Shown here: positions 50,457 to 58,849 of the stretch, piece by piece
How the letters are laid out: each line of letters opens with the position of its first letter
Numbering within the stretch: position 1 is the first letter of the stretch
Source: Candidatus Aenigmatarchaeota archaeon
GTDB lineage: Archaea; Aenigmatarchaeota; Aenigmatarchaeia; GW2011-AR5
NCBI GenBank assembly: GCA_016180925.1
Contig: JACPAH010000002.1
Span: 1-59,818, forward strand
Length of the DNA: 59,818 bases
Direction: 5' to 3'
The notes under the pieces: generated by a model
Told to the model about the DNA's origin: nothing
What the model saw: only the letters and a program-made list of their open reading frames with translations
The model's database searches: none
Program-made: the position numbers and the translations under genes

Positions 50457-51929
50457 ATGCCTCTTGGAAAGCACTATGCGGCAATCCTATGCCTCCTTCT
50501 TGCATCTGTATCCGTCATATATTACTTCAACACACAGTACCTGCACCCTCCCGGAAAAGTGCCGGTGATAGGCTCCGACGAAGTCGTATGGATGGATTCT
50601 GCAAAGGCCGTTTTATGGGATTTCAGGAACCCGTTCTTCTTCAACGAAGGCCGCATATTCCACGACCCGTTCCCGGGCTCGCCGTATATAATGGCGTTCA
50701 TAGGCGTCGTCTTTTACGTGACTGCCGTGGACCCGGCAACAATACTTATCGCGCTGAAATTCGTGTTCCTGTTCCTGCTATTCGCGGCCGCCTACGAAAT
50801 CATGCGCCATTTCTTTCCCGAGAGTGGCCAGAGAAACGCCGCTTTCCTGCTCTACGCCACGCTTGGCGGGATAGGAGGGCTTGCATATATCATATTCTTC
50901 GCGGTGAACGGGAGCGTTCCAGGCCTGTACGAGGGCGTCATGCTGTTTACAGGCATAACGAAACCCGATTCGGCTATATACCATGTCGTGTCGCTCTTCT
51001 TCGGCTTCGCTTCGGTGCTCATGATGCTCAAAAGGAAGCATTTCATCCTCATAGGCCTCGGCCTCGGGATGTCTGCGCTCATATACCCAATATTCGGCGC
51101 GGCGTTCTTTCTCGCGGCGCTTATTCACGGCGCAATTATCAAGGACAGGAAATGCGTTCCGGCACTCATTACCGGCCTCCTTGTGGCATTGCCGTGGGCG
51201 ATAAGCTACATCCAGTATCCTGATATTATAGAGAGCATCGGGGCGCAGAAAAACTACATCAACCCCGCCGCGCTCCTGCTGCAGGGATTCTTTATAATAA
51301 CGCTGTCCGCCGCTTACCTGATAAAGCGCCCGAAGATGGACTCCAGCACCCGCTTCATGGCGATTTTCGCCGTTCTGCTGGCACTCGCATCGATGATACC
51401 GCCCCAAGTGAACCCTGTCACGAACGCGCAGAGATTCATATGGATAATCTTCCTACCCTTCGCGATACTGGGGACGAAGGGCATGTACTCCCTCTTCAAG
51501 AAGGACACCGCGAGGAAAATTTCCGCCGCAATAATCATAATATCCTCGCTCACGTTTTTCGCGGGAAATGCAAGGATAATAACCGCAGAGCCGCTCCGCA
51601 TCCAGCAGAACGAGTATGACGCGGTAAAATTCCTGAGAATGCAGGAATTCGGCAACGTCCTCACAACAGAAAGCCTTGGCGATTACGTGCCTTACATCGC
51701 GGAAAAGCGCTCGCACCACACCCTTTTCTACAGGGAAAACGGCTTCTTCCCTAAACTCAGGCAGGCAAGGGACGGCATGGATGCCTCGCTCATGGCGGAC
51801 ATGGTGGCGGAATACGATATAGCGTACATAATTGCACCCGAAGGCGATGCCCTGGACTCGATGGCATTCAGCATGGGTTACAAAATTATTTATGACGAAG
51901 GCGGGTTCAGAATTTTTTCAACGGCCTGA
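50457..51929 (+). CDS. polytopic membrane protein (more than 10 TM), candidate GT-C-type glycosyltransferase
   Basis: hydrophobicity pattern and context only. Confidence 0.45.
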   Translation: MPLGKHYAAILCLLLASVSVIYYFNTQYLHPPGKVPVIGSDEVVWMDSAKAVLWDFRNPFFFNEGRIFHDPFPGSPYIMAFIGVVFYVTAVDPATILIALKFVFLFLLFAAAYEIMRHFFPESGQRNAAFLLYATLGGIGGLAYIIFFAVNGSVPGLYEGVMLFTGITKPDSAIYHVVSLFFGFASVLMMLKRKHFILIGLGLGMSALIYPIFGAAFFLAALIHGAIIKDRKCVPALITGLLVALPWAISYIQYPDIIESIGAQKNYINPAALLLQGFFIITLSAAYLIKRPKMDSSTRFMAIFAVLLALASMIPPQVNPVTNAQRFIWIIFLPFAILGTKGMYSLFKKDTARKISAAIIIISSLTFFAGNARIITAEPLRIQQNEYDAVKFLRMQEFGNVLTTESLGDYVPYIAEKRSHHTLFYRENGFFPKLRQARDGMDASLMADMVAEYDIAYIIAPEGDALDSMAFSMGYKIIYDEGGFRIFSTA

Positions 51930-53772
51930 GGCCCCCGCTTTCGATGAATGTCCTGTGCCACAGCTCGAACGTTATGAGAGCCCAGAGCTGCCTCTCGCGG
52001 ATGAGCTTCGAGTTCCTGTAGTCGCCGAGCATTTTTTCTATAAAGGATTTCCTGAAAAACTCGCTCTCATGCAGTATGCTGCACATGTCGAGCAGCTGCC
52101 TTTCGCCCCAGAAGTGCACAGGCGTGATAAAAGTTCTTTTCTTTCGATTCACTATCTGCGGAGGCAGCATCCCGCGAAGGGCTCTTCTCAGCACGTACTT
52201 GTCGCCTGTCCTGAGGCCTGGCGGCAGCTTGGATGCAAATTCCACCAGTCTGTAGTCAAGGAACGGCGCCCTTCCTTCGATTGAATTCGCCATCGTCATC
52301 CTGTCAAGGCGCGGCAGGATGTAATTGGGCAGCCACACGTTCGCGTCGACGAGAAGCATTTTGTTCGACAGGTTTGTGCCGGCGCCGAAAAAAGGCCTGA
52401 ACAGGCTTTCCGCCGGACTGCCGGAGAATTTGCAAAGCTCCTTTTTCTCGCCGTCATCGAAGGCGCTCACGAGGCTTGAGTACATCGCGGGCTCGTTTCC
52501 CATGTTCCTTACGTATTCGGCAAGCCTTTCCCTCCCCTTGCCGCCCATCGACGCAGGATACTCGAAGAACCTGTTTAGTAGCGGGAGAGGAAGCCGCTTC
52601 ACGGCCCCTGACGCAAGCCTCCTTGAAAACATGATATTTTTCATCCTTTGCGTCGCCAGCATCGCCTTTTCGTGCGCATATCCAGAGAAGAGCTCGTCGC
52701 TCCCCTCCCCCGTGAGGACTACGGTGACATGCTTCCTGGCGAGCTGCGAGATGAGGTAAGTCGGGACGTTTGTTATGTCCGCGAGCGGCTCGTCAAGGTG
52801 CCACACGAGTTTCGGGAGGAGCTTCGTCAGGTCAGTGCCTTCAACCACGAACTCCCTGTGGTTTGTGCCGTAGAATCCCGAGGCAATGCGGGCGTAGCCG
52901 GTTTCGTCGGATTCGAGCCCGAAGCCTATCGAGAAGGTGTTGATATCCGGAGCGCTCTCTTTCATGAGGGCAACAATTGCGGTTGAGTCAAGGCCGCCCG
53001 AAAGGTAGACGCCGAGCGGAACCTCGCTTATGAGCCTTTTCCTGACGGAATCCTGCAGGAGGGACTTCAGGCCTTCAAGATAGAAATCCCTGCCTTCGGC
53101 ATTTTCATCGCGGAACTTGACGTCCCAGTATCTCTTTATCGAGGACTTGCCCCTGCTGTATGCCATCACGCGGCCCGGCAGCAGCTTGTAAATCCCGCTG
53201 AGCATCGTCTCGCCGCCGGGGCAGTACCTGAGTGAAAGGTAGTTGTGCAGGGCTTTTTTGTTCACGCTTCGCTTCACCCCGTCGTGGAGCAGGAGAGCCT
53301 TCATCTCCGAAGCAAACAAGAGATTTCTTCCGAGCATCGTGTAATAAAGCGGCTTCTTCCCCAGCCTATCCCTTGCCAGGACAAGCGTTTTCTTCCCCGA
53401 ATCCCACAGGGCTATCGCGAACATGCCGTTCAGCTTTTCCGGGAAGCGAAGGCCGTACTCCTCGTAGGCATGGACGATGCACTCCGTGTCGCTGCTTGTA
53501 TAGAACTTGTGCCCCTTCTTCTCCAGCTCCTGCCGAAGCTCCCTGTAGTTGTATATCTCGCCGTTGAAGACCGCCAGCACGTCGCGTTTTTCGTTGTGAA
53601 CCGGCTGCTTCCCGCCCTTCACGTCTATTATGCTGAGCCTCCTCATCCCGAGCCCTATTCCATCGTCGGTGAAGTAGCCGTCGTCATCAGGACCCCTGTA
53701 GCTGAGCAGGCGCCCCATCTTCCTGAGAAGGGCCCTGTCGGAGAAGCCCGCCATGCCAAATATCCCGCACAT
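51907..53772 (-). CDS. asnB: asparagine synthase (glutamine-hydrolysing) family amidotransferase
   Basis: MCGI N-terminal nucleophile, ..YLSGGLDS.. PP-loop. Confidence 0.88.
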   Translation of the reverse strand: MCGIFGMAGFSDRALLRKMGRLLSYRGPDDDGYFTDDGIGLGMRRLSIIDVKGGKQPVHNEKRDVLAVFNGEIYNYRELRQELEKKGHKFYTSSDTECIVHAYEEYGLRFPEKLNGMFAIALWDSGKKTLVLARDRLGKKPLYYTMLGRNLLFASEMKALLLHDGVKRSVNKKALHNYLSLRYCPGGETMLSGIYKLLPGRVMAYSRGKSSIKRYWDVKFRDENAEGRDFYLEGLKSLLQDSVRKRLISEVPLGVYLSGGLDSTAIVALMKESAPDINTFSIGFGLESDETGYARIASGFYGTNHREFVVEGTDLTKLLPKLVWHLDEPLADITNVPTYLISQLARKHVTVVLTGEGSDELFSGYAHEKAMLATQRMKNIMFSRRLASGAVKRLPLPLLNRFFEYPASMGGKGRERLAEYVRNMGNEPAMYSSLVSAFDDGEKKELCKFSGSPAESLFRPFFGAGTNLSNKMLLVDANVWLPNYILPRLDRMTMANSIEGRAPFLDYRLVEFASKLPPGLRTGDKYVLRRALRGMLPPQIVNRKKRTFITPVHFWGERQLLDMCSILHESEFFRKSFIEKMLGDYRNSKLIRERQLWALITFELWHRTFIESGGLRPLKKF

Positions 53773-53803
53773 GATAATTTTTCTTTACACAACGGTTAAA
53801 TGC

Positions 53804-55159
53804 CTAAAAAACCCCCAAAACACGAAGGATTGCCATGAGGCTTACAACGCCTATTATGTCGGCAGAGCTTGCGATAAGGGGCAGCGTGGTGTTGTCCGGG
53901 TCGAGGTTGAACCTGAAGGACATTATTGACATGAAAAATGCTATCGCTATCACGGCAGTCGTCAGAACAATGCCCGATATTATAATGGATTCCGTTATGA
54001 TGACGAGGTCTATCCCTCCTATCCCGATAACGGAGCCTGCCGCGAATGTCAGCAGAGCCAGGAGCGGGAACAATATGAAAGAGAATATGTACGAGTTGAT
54101 AATATCCTCCCTGGAGCCTTCGATGGAAAATTTCGGCTCCATGGCTCCCAGGTGAAGCTTCGTCGAGAGCCTTGATGCCAGTATGTTGCCTATGTTCCCG
54201 CCCTGCTCAAGGAAGCCAGGAATCAGAAGCAGCACCACAGGGAGCATGGCAATATTCTCCATGTTCGACTGGAGTATCATGCCGGCGAAGGAGTCCAGCA
54301 GGATGCCTGCAAAAAGGATTGGCGAGCTCTGCCTCACTATCTCGGCAAAATACGCCTTCCCGGCTTTTGCCATTCGGAAGGCGCATGCAATGAAAATAAC
54401 AAGGATGATTATTGCCGCAGGAAGGACAAGCTGCTGGAACGAGAGGATAAAAAATGCGGCGAGGAGGAGGGAGGGTATGGTGAACATGTCGCCCAGCGCG
54501 GTTATTATCGGGGACGATATGTTGTCCGGATTCCATCCCCTCCTGAACGAGGCGAACGCGATGATGAAAGTCATTGCCAGAAGTATGGCTCCCGATATGA
54601 TTCCGCCCATGAAGGATATCACGACAAGCGAAAGGAGCGTTATGCTTTCTATGCCGAACGCAAGAAGGATGACCCTTGCGATGAACGCCAGAAGCACGGA
54701 GAAAATGACGGACAGGACCACCGACGAATATATGTTGCTCCTGATTATGTGGTTGTCCTTCGAGAAGCCTTTTACGGTGCCGAGGTGCAGCGCGGAGCCG
54801 AGCCTCGAGCCAAGCGATGAAAATATGTTGCCTCTCATGCCTATCGCGGCCGGAACAAGGACAATGAGGCCGGGCAGTGCTATCAGCATTTCATTGTAAT
54901 GTCCCAGGAATATCCCGGCAAACAGCCCTGCAAGGATGCTTATGGCGTACGCAACCGAGCTCTGCCTGAAGAATGAAGAGTTCCTCCTCATGTGCTTCGC
55001 GAAGCGCCTTGCAGAATCAGCAAGGCTGTCGCCAACAGTGACATCCCTTCCAAGCGGCTCAGACGCAGGCCTGTGATATTCGTAGCTCTGTTCCTCAGAA
55101 ACGAACATCCTCTTCAGGAGGCGCCTTGCCTTGTCCCTTTTCCGGGCTTGTTTCATCAT
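53804..55159 (-). CDS. tandem (fused double) MgtE-type divalent-cation transporter membrane domains
   Basis: two copies of the P(A/G).......G.....LASRLS..LHLG pattern (VPAAIGMRGNIFSSLGSRLGSALHLG; IPGFLEQGGNIGNILASRLSTKLHLG). Confidence 0.8.
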   Translation of the reverse strand: MMKQARKRDKARRLLKRMFVSEEQSYEYHRPASEPLGRDVTVGDSLADSARRFAKHMRRNSSFFRQSSVAYAISILAGLFAGIFLGHYNEMLIALPGLIVLVPAAIGMRGNIFSSLGSRLGSALHLGTVKGFSKDNHIIRSNIYSSVVLSVIFSVLLAFIARVILLAFGIESITLLSLVVISFMGGIISGAILLAMTFIIAFASFRRGWNPDNISSPIITALGDMFTIPSLLLAAFFILSFQQLVLPAAIIILVIFIACAFRMAKAGKAYFAEIVRQSSPILFAGILLDSFAGMILQSNMENIAMLPVVLLLIPGFLEQGGNIGNILASRLSTKLHLGAMEPKFSIEGSREDIINSYIFSFILFPLLALLTFAAGSVIGIGGIDLVIITESIIISGIVLTTAVIAIAFFMSIMSFRFNLDPDNTTLPLIASSADIIGVVSLMAILRVLGVF

Positions 55160-55173
55160 CGCACCCCATCATT

Positions 55174-55746
55174 TCAGCGCCTCCCTTCAGCCATACGACG
55201 GAGCTTCTTGCAGCTTGCCTTCGGACCGATCCCTATCAGTATGTCGTTCTTCGCGAGCCTGGTCTCCTTCCTCGGGTTGAATATCCACTTCGGGCCGCGC
55301 CTTATGGCTATTATATGTATTCCGGTCTCGGTGCGCAGGCGCAGGTCGCCTATCGTCCGGTTCGCAAGGGGCGATATTCCGGATATCACGGTGCGCGCTA
55401 TCCCTTCGTCGCTTTCCTTCAGAGCCTCCTTTATTATCGGATGCAGTTCCTTGTTGTCAAGCACGAGCTGGCTCATGTTGCGCGCGGCGCCGGCAACGCG
55501 CTTTGCGCTTTCCACCACTTCAAGGACGCTTATAAGCTTCTTCGCGAGATGGGGCTCGCGGGACGCGGACAGAAGGTGTATGGTTATCTTCTCTTCCATT
55601 GACTCTATCCTGTCATAAAGCTCCACCACTTCGGAAGCGATGTCCTTGCTCGTGAAAAAGACCGAAGAGTAGGACAGGTCGAGCATCAGACTCGAAAGGT
55701 TCTTCATTTCCTCAAGCAAGTCCTTGACGTTCTCCTGCATAAGCAT
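55174..55746 (-). CDS. PhoU-like helical domain fused to a TrkA-C (RCK C-terminal) domain; likely regulator of the adjacent transporter
   Basis: ..LANRTIGDLRLRTETGIHIIAIRRG.....P....RL...D.L...G TrkA-C pattern; start set at MLMQENVK. Confidence 0.65.
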   Translation of the reverse strand: MLMQENVKDLLEEMKNLSSLMLDLSYSSVFFTSKDIASEVVELYDRIESMEEKITIHLLSASREPHLAKKLISVLEVVESAKRVAGAARNMSQLVLDNKELHPIIKEALKESDEGIARTVISGISPLANRTIGDLRLRTETGIHIIAIRRGPKWIFNPRKETRLAKNDILIGIGPKASCKKLRRMAEGRR

Positions 55747-55915
55747 CACCTGAATAGACTTCCCACCCGAAGATTTAAAACGATTTGGGACATCAATTAA
55801 TAATGAATCTGCACAGTGCAGAAAGAACACACGAGCTCGATATGGCCCTCATAGAGCAATACGTCAGGGAACTGCTTGAAGGCCCGGAGCGCGCGCCTCT
55901 GGCAAGGGTGGAGAT

Positions 55916-56239
55916 GTGACAATGCAGCCGACAATAATAGCATACCTGAAGCCGCACTGCGGATGGAGCGCCGGCGTGAGAGCGATAATGAAGAAGTACG
56001 GGCTTGAATACGAGGACAGGGACATAATCAACGACCCCTTCCAGTTCCAGGAGATGGCGAGGAAATCAGGGCAAACTTTGTCGCCGTGCGTGGAGATTGA
56101 CGGGAAGCTCCTGCCGGACGTATCCGGGGAAGAGGTCGAGAATTATCTTGTTGAAAATGGATACGTCGAAAGAAAAGGCGACGAGCCTGAAGTGCCGATT
56201 GATTCTGCGTGCGGCGACGAGCATGTGCACGGAAATTGA
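55916..56239 (+). CDS. glutaredoxin-fold protein with a monothiol CGWS site (CGFS-type-like)
   Basis: IIAYLKPHCGWSAGVRAIMKKYGLEYE..DI.... resembles the K.xPxCGFS context; GTG start (alternative ATG at 55922). Confidence 0.55.
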   Translation: MTMQPTIIAYLKPHCGWSAGVRAIMKKYGLEYEDRDIINDPFQFQEMARKSGQTLSPCVEIDGKLLPDVSGEEVENYLVENGYVERKGDEPEVPIDSACGDEHVHGN

Positions 56240-56287
56240 ATGCGTTCTACTTCGTGGGAATGAGCCGCTTTAATTCTTTCCCTGTCT

Positions 56288-57265
56288 ATGCTGTTTGGTA
56301 TGCCCGACATATACGAATTCGAGCTGATAACGCCGGAGAAGAAGGACGAGCTGCTCGACGAAATAAACGGCAGGAAAATAAACATAGAGAAGGCGTACAT
56401 ACACGGGATGTGCATAGAGCTCATCACGGACAGCAAGGAGTTCAAGGAGTTCTGGCAGGACAACTTCCACCACATCTCGGAGCACATAAGGCCCCATGGC
56501 CGCGTGATAGCGATGCAGCATCCTGGATACGGGAAGCCTGAGTTCCTCTACGAGCCCATGTCCAAGACGTGCTTCGTCATGAACTGCGACTATTACGGGT
56601 ACGTGAAGAGCATCGCGCTTGCGGTGGCGGCCGACTTCCTCGAGGACTACCATTCGCTTACGAACAGGTACTCGATACACGGCTCCTGCATAGACATAAA
56701 CGGGCAGGGGCTTGTCCTGATAGCCCCGTCGAACACCGGAAAGACGACCCACAGCTTCGGGCTGCTTCTTTACAGGAACGCCAGCCTTGTCAGCGATGAC
56801 TGGCTGTTCGTCCGGATGAAGAAGGACACTGCTATCGCATACTCGTCGGAGCGCAACAGCTACATACGCGACGACATTGGCAAGAACTGGAAAATCTTCC
56901 AGCCGCTTGTCGACAACGCAATGCTCGACAAGAAAGGCCGCGGCATCGCCAGTGTCCAGGACGTCATAGGGATGGACAGAACGAGGGAGACAACTACCAT
57001 AAGAAGCGTATTCATACTCAAGAGGGACGCCTCGGACAGCAGGATAATATATAGACTGCCGCCTGACGAAGCCGTGGAATACATATCGAAGCACTATTAC
57101 TGCAATCCCTACCAGCTTGTCATGGACGAAAGGAAGATACGCCTGCGCACTGCGTTCTTCATGCAGCTTTTCTCCATGCTGGACGTCTACATGGTCAACA
57201 CCGTGAAGCCGCCGGAAGAGACGCAGGCTGAAATCCGCAGGCTTGTGGATGAAATATTCAAGTGA
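56288..57265 (+). CDS. P-loop protein resembling the HPr kinase/phosphorylase C-terminal (PEPCK-like) fold
   Basis: HGSCIDINGQGLVLIAPSNTGKTTHS resembles HG....V.G.GVL..G.SG.GKS; function not assignable. Confidence 0.45.
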   Translation: MLFGMPDIYEFELITPEKKDELLDEINGRKINIEKAYIHGMCIELITDSKEFKEFWQDNFHHISEHIRPHGRVIAMQHPGYGKPEFLYEPMSKTCFVMNCDYYGYVKSIALAVAADFLEDYHSLTNRYSIHGSCIDINGQGLVLIAPSNTGKTTHSFGLLLYRNASLVSDDWLFVRMKKDTAIAYSSERNSYIRDDIGKNWKIFQPLVDNAMLDKKGRGIASVQDVIGMDRTRETTTIRSVFILKRDASDSRIIYRLPPDEAVEYISKHYYCNPYQLVMDERKIRLRTAFFMQLFSMLDVYMVNTVKPPEETQAEIRRLVDEIFK

Positions 57266-57326
57266 ATCCCGGGCCGCCGCGAAGACAGGCAAAAAACTTT
57301 ATCTTGTCGCGTCCTGATAATTTCTT

Positions 57327-58253
57327 ATGCTGCTGCCCGCCATCCTTCTCATTGCCGGTTTCGTCGTCCTGCTGAAGGCAAGCGACTACACAGTGAGGCA
57401 CTCGATTGCCCTGTCGCGCCAGTCGGGAATAAGCGAAATCATAATAGGATTCGTCCTTGTTGCGATAGGAACTTCGGTGCCTGAGATGTCCATAGCCGTG
57501 ATATCGTCGCTTCACGGGAACGGCTCGCTGAGCTTCGGCAACCTCATAGGCGCCAACGTGGCGCTTCTTACCCTGATATTCGGCGTGATGGCGCTCATCG
57601 GCTTCAAGATACAGAAGGAGCGCCTGATGGAGATAAACCAGGCTGTGATATTTACCGCAATAATCGCTGTGTTCCTCATATACCTGATGAAGGTGGATAT
57701 TGCATTCGGGCTCTTCTCCATAATCCTTTTCTACGCATTCCTGAAGAACATATACAGCGAGGAGAAACGGTTCGAGCGCAAAAGGCACCCGAAAGACAGG
57801 AAAAAGACGGCAAAAATTCTCCTGTACCTTCTTGCGTCGATAGCCCTTGTCGTGGCCGGGGCCGAGATGATAACAAAATCCGCCACGGAAATCTCCGCCC
57901 TGTTCGGCCTCGGCAATACCGTTATAGGAGCCACGCTGCTTGCCGTAGGAACGACGATACCGGAATTCAGCGTCAATATAATGGCGCTGAGAAGGAAGGA
58001 CATAAACTTGGCTATAGGCGACAGCATAGGAAGCATAGTCACCAACATAACCCTGGTGCTGGGCATAGCGTCCATAATAAGCCCCATATACATAGACGCT
58101 TCAGGGAGACTGGCCCTGGTGACGATGCTTGTCGCGAGCGGCATATTCCTCTACTTTGCGACGCACCTCAAGCTGAAAAAGGAGCAGGGGCTGATACTAA
58201 TCGCCTCATACATAATTTTCCTCTACCTTATGCTCTCCGGCGCGGCCGTATAG
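57327..58253 (+). CDS. CaCA-family sodium/calcium exchanger (YrbG/NCX_Mj-like)
   Basis: two alpha-repeats GTSVPEMS and GTTIPEFS; about 10 TM. Confidence 0.85.
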   Translation: MLLPAILLIAGFVVLLKASDYTVRHSIALSRQSGISEIIIGFVLVAIGTSVPEMSIAVISSLHGNGSLSFGNLIGANVALLTLIFGVMALIGFKIQKERLMEINQAVIFTAIIAVFLIYLMKVDIAFGLFSIILFYAFLKNIYSEEKRFERKRHPKDRKKTAKILLYLLASIALVVAGAEMITKSATEISALFGLGNTVIGATLLAVGTTIPEFSVNIMALRRKDINLAIGDSIGSIVTNITLVLGIASIISPIYIDASGRLALVTMLVASGIFLYFATHLKLKKEQGLILIASYIIFLYLMLSGAAV

Positions 58254-58267
58254 TTTCGCGATTTATA

Positions 58268-58415
58268 GTGAAGCCAGAAAAGAATCCGGACATGAATTCC
58301 GGTTTCACATATGCTCAAAAGCGAAGCTTTTGGCATCTCAAAAGACTCTGTCTTTTGCAGATAGTGCACAAGGAAAATAAATATATTGTTTCTTTCTTTG
58401 CATGACTATAAATGT
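58268..58415. repeat. composite hairpin repeat, copy C; its 3' part carries the TATA-like ACTATAAATG (58405-58414) about 25 nt upstream of tRNA-Cys
   Basis: near-identical by eye to 15497-15640. Confidence 0.75.
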
Positions 58416-58437
58416 ATTCCAGACAATTTCTAAGAGT

Positions 58438-58620
58438 GCTGGCGTGACAGAACGGCCATCTGCAAAGACCGTAGATGTGACCGCCTGCAGAAGCCCCTTC
58501 TTTCTTCAAAAGAAAGAAGGCCCTTGGGTTCAAGAAAGAATAAGCAAAATTATTATGAATATTCTTGAATCCTGCAGAAGCAGCAAGCGGTATAACCCGG
58601 TTCAACTCCGGGCGCCAGCT
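58438..58620 (+). tRNA. tRNA-Cys(GCA) with a 15-nt D-arm insertion (58461-58475) and a 95-nt anticodon-loop intron (58491-58585)
   Basis: manual fold after removing both: acceptor GCTGGCG/CGCCAGC, TG, D stem ACAG/CTGT, loop AACGGCCAT, G26, anticodon stem ACCGC/GCGGT, loop CTGCAG+A, variable ATAA, T arm CCCGG-TTCAACT-CCGGG, discriminator U (Cys identity). Confidence 0.7.
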
Positions 58621-58624
58621 CTCG

Positions 58625-58843
58625 ATGATGACGATAAAAGTAAGGGTAACCACCAATGCAAAAAGGAGCGAGGTTGCCGAAGGAGAAGGCATGATGAGGG
58701 TCAGGCTGAAGGCGAAGCCTGAGGACGGCAGGGCGAATGCCGAGCTGATAAGAGTCCTCTCGGCGCATTTTGGCGTGGAAAAAAATTGCGTGAAGATTCT
58801 GAAAGGGCTGAAGTCGCGCGATAAAACAGTCCTGACAGGATGA
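58625..58843 (+). CDS. DUF167 (YggU-like) protein
   Basis: ..V.V...AK.S.V.......V.L.A.P.DG.AN.ELI..L...FGV.K..V.I..G..SR.K pattern; start moved to MMTIKV just after the tRNA. Confidence 0.7.
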   Translation: MMTIKVRVTTNAKRSEVAEGEGMMRVRLKAKPEDGRANAELIRVLSAHFGVEKNCVKILKGLKSRDKTVLTG

Positions 58844-58849
58844 GAAAAA

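Noticed and set aside
56270-57292. 340-aa ORF on the - strand
   Set aside because: It mirrors the + strand P-loop gene (56288..57265) almost exactly. Its translation is rich in Val, Arg, Leu and Tyr and has no motif. The + strand frame carries the GKT P-loop, so it was preferred.
58438-58620. Type II (Leu/Ser) or selenocysteine tRNA as an explanation for the long insert
   Set aside because: The extra sequence lies in the anticodon loop and D arm, not in the variable arm. The acceptor stem is 7 bp and the T stem 5 bp. The GCA anticodon with a U73 discriminator fits Cys.
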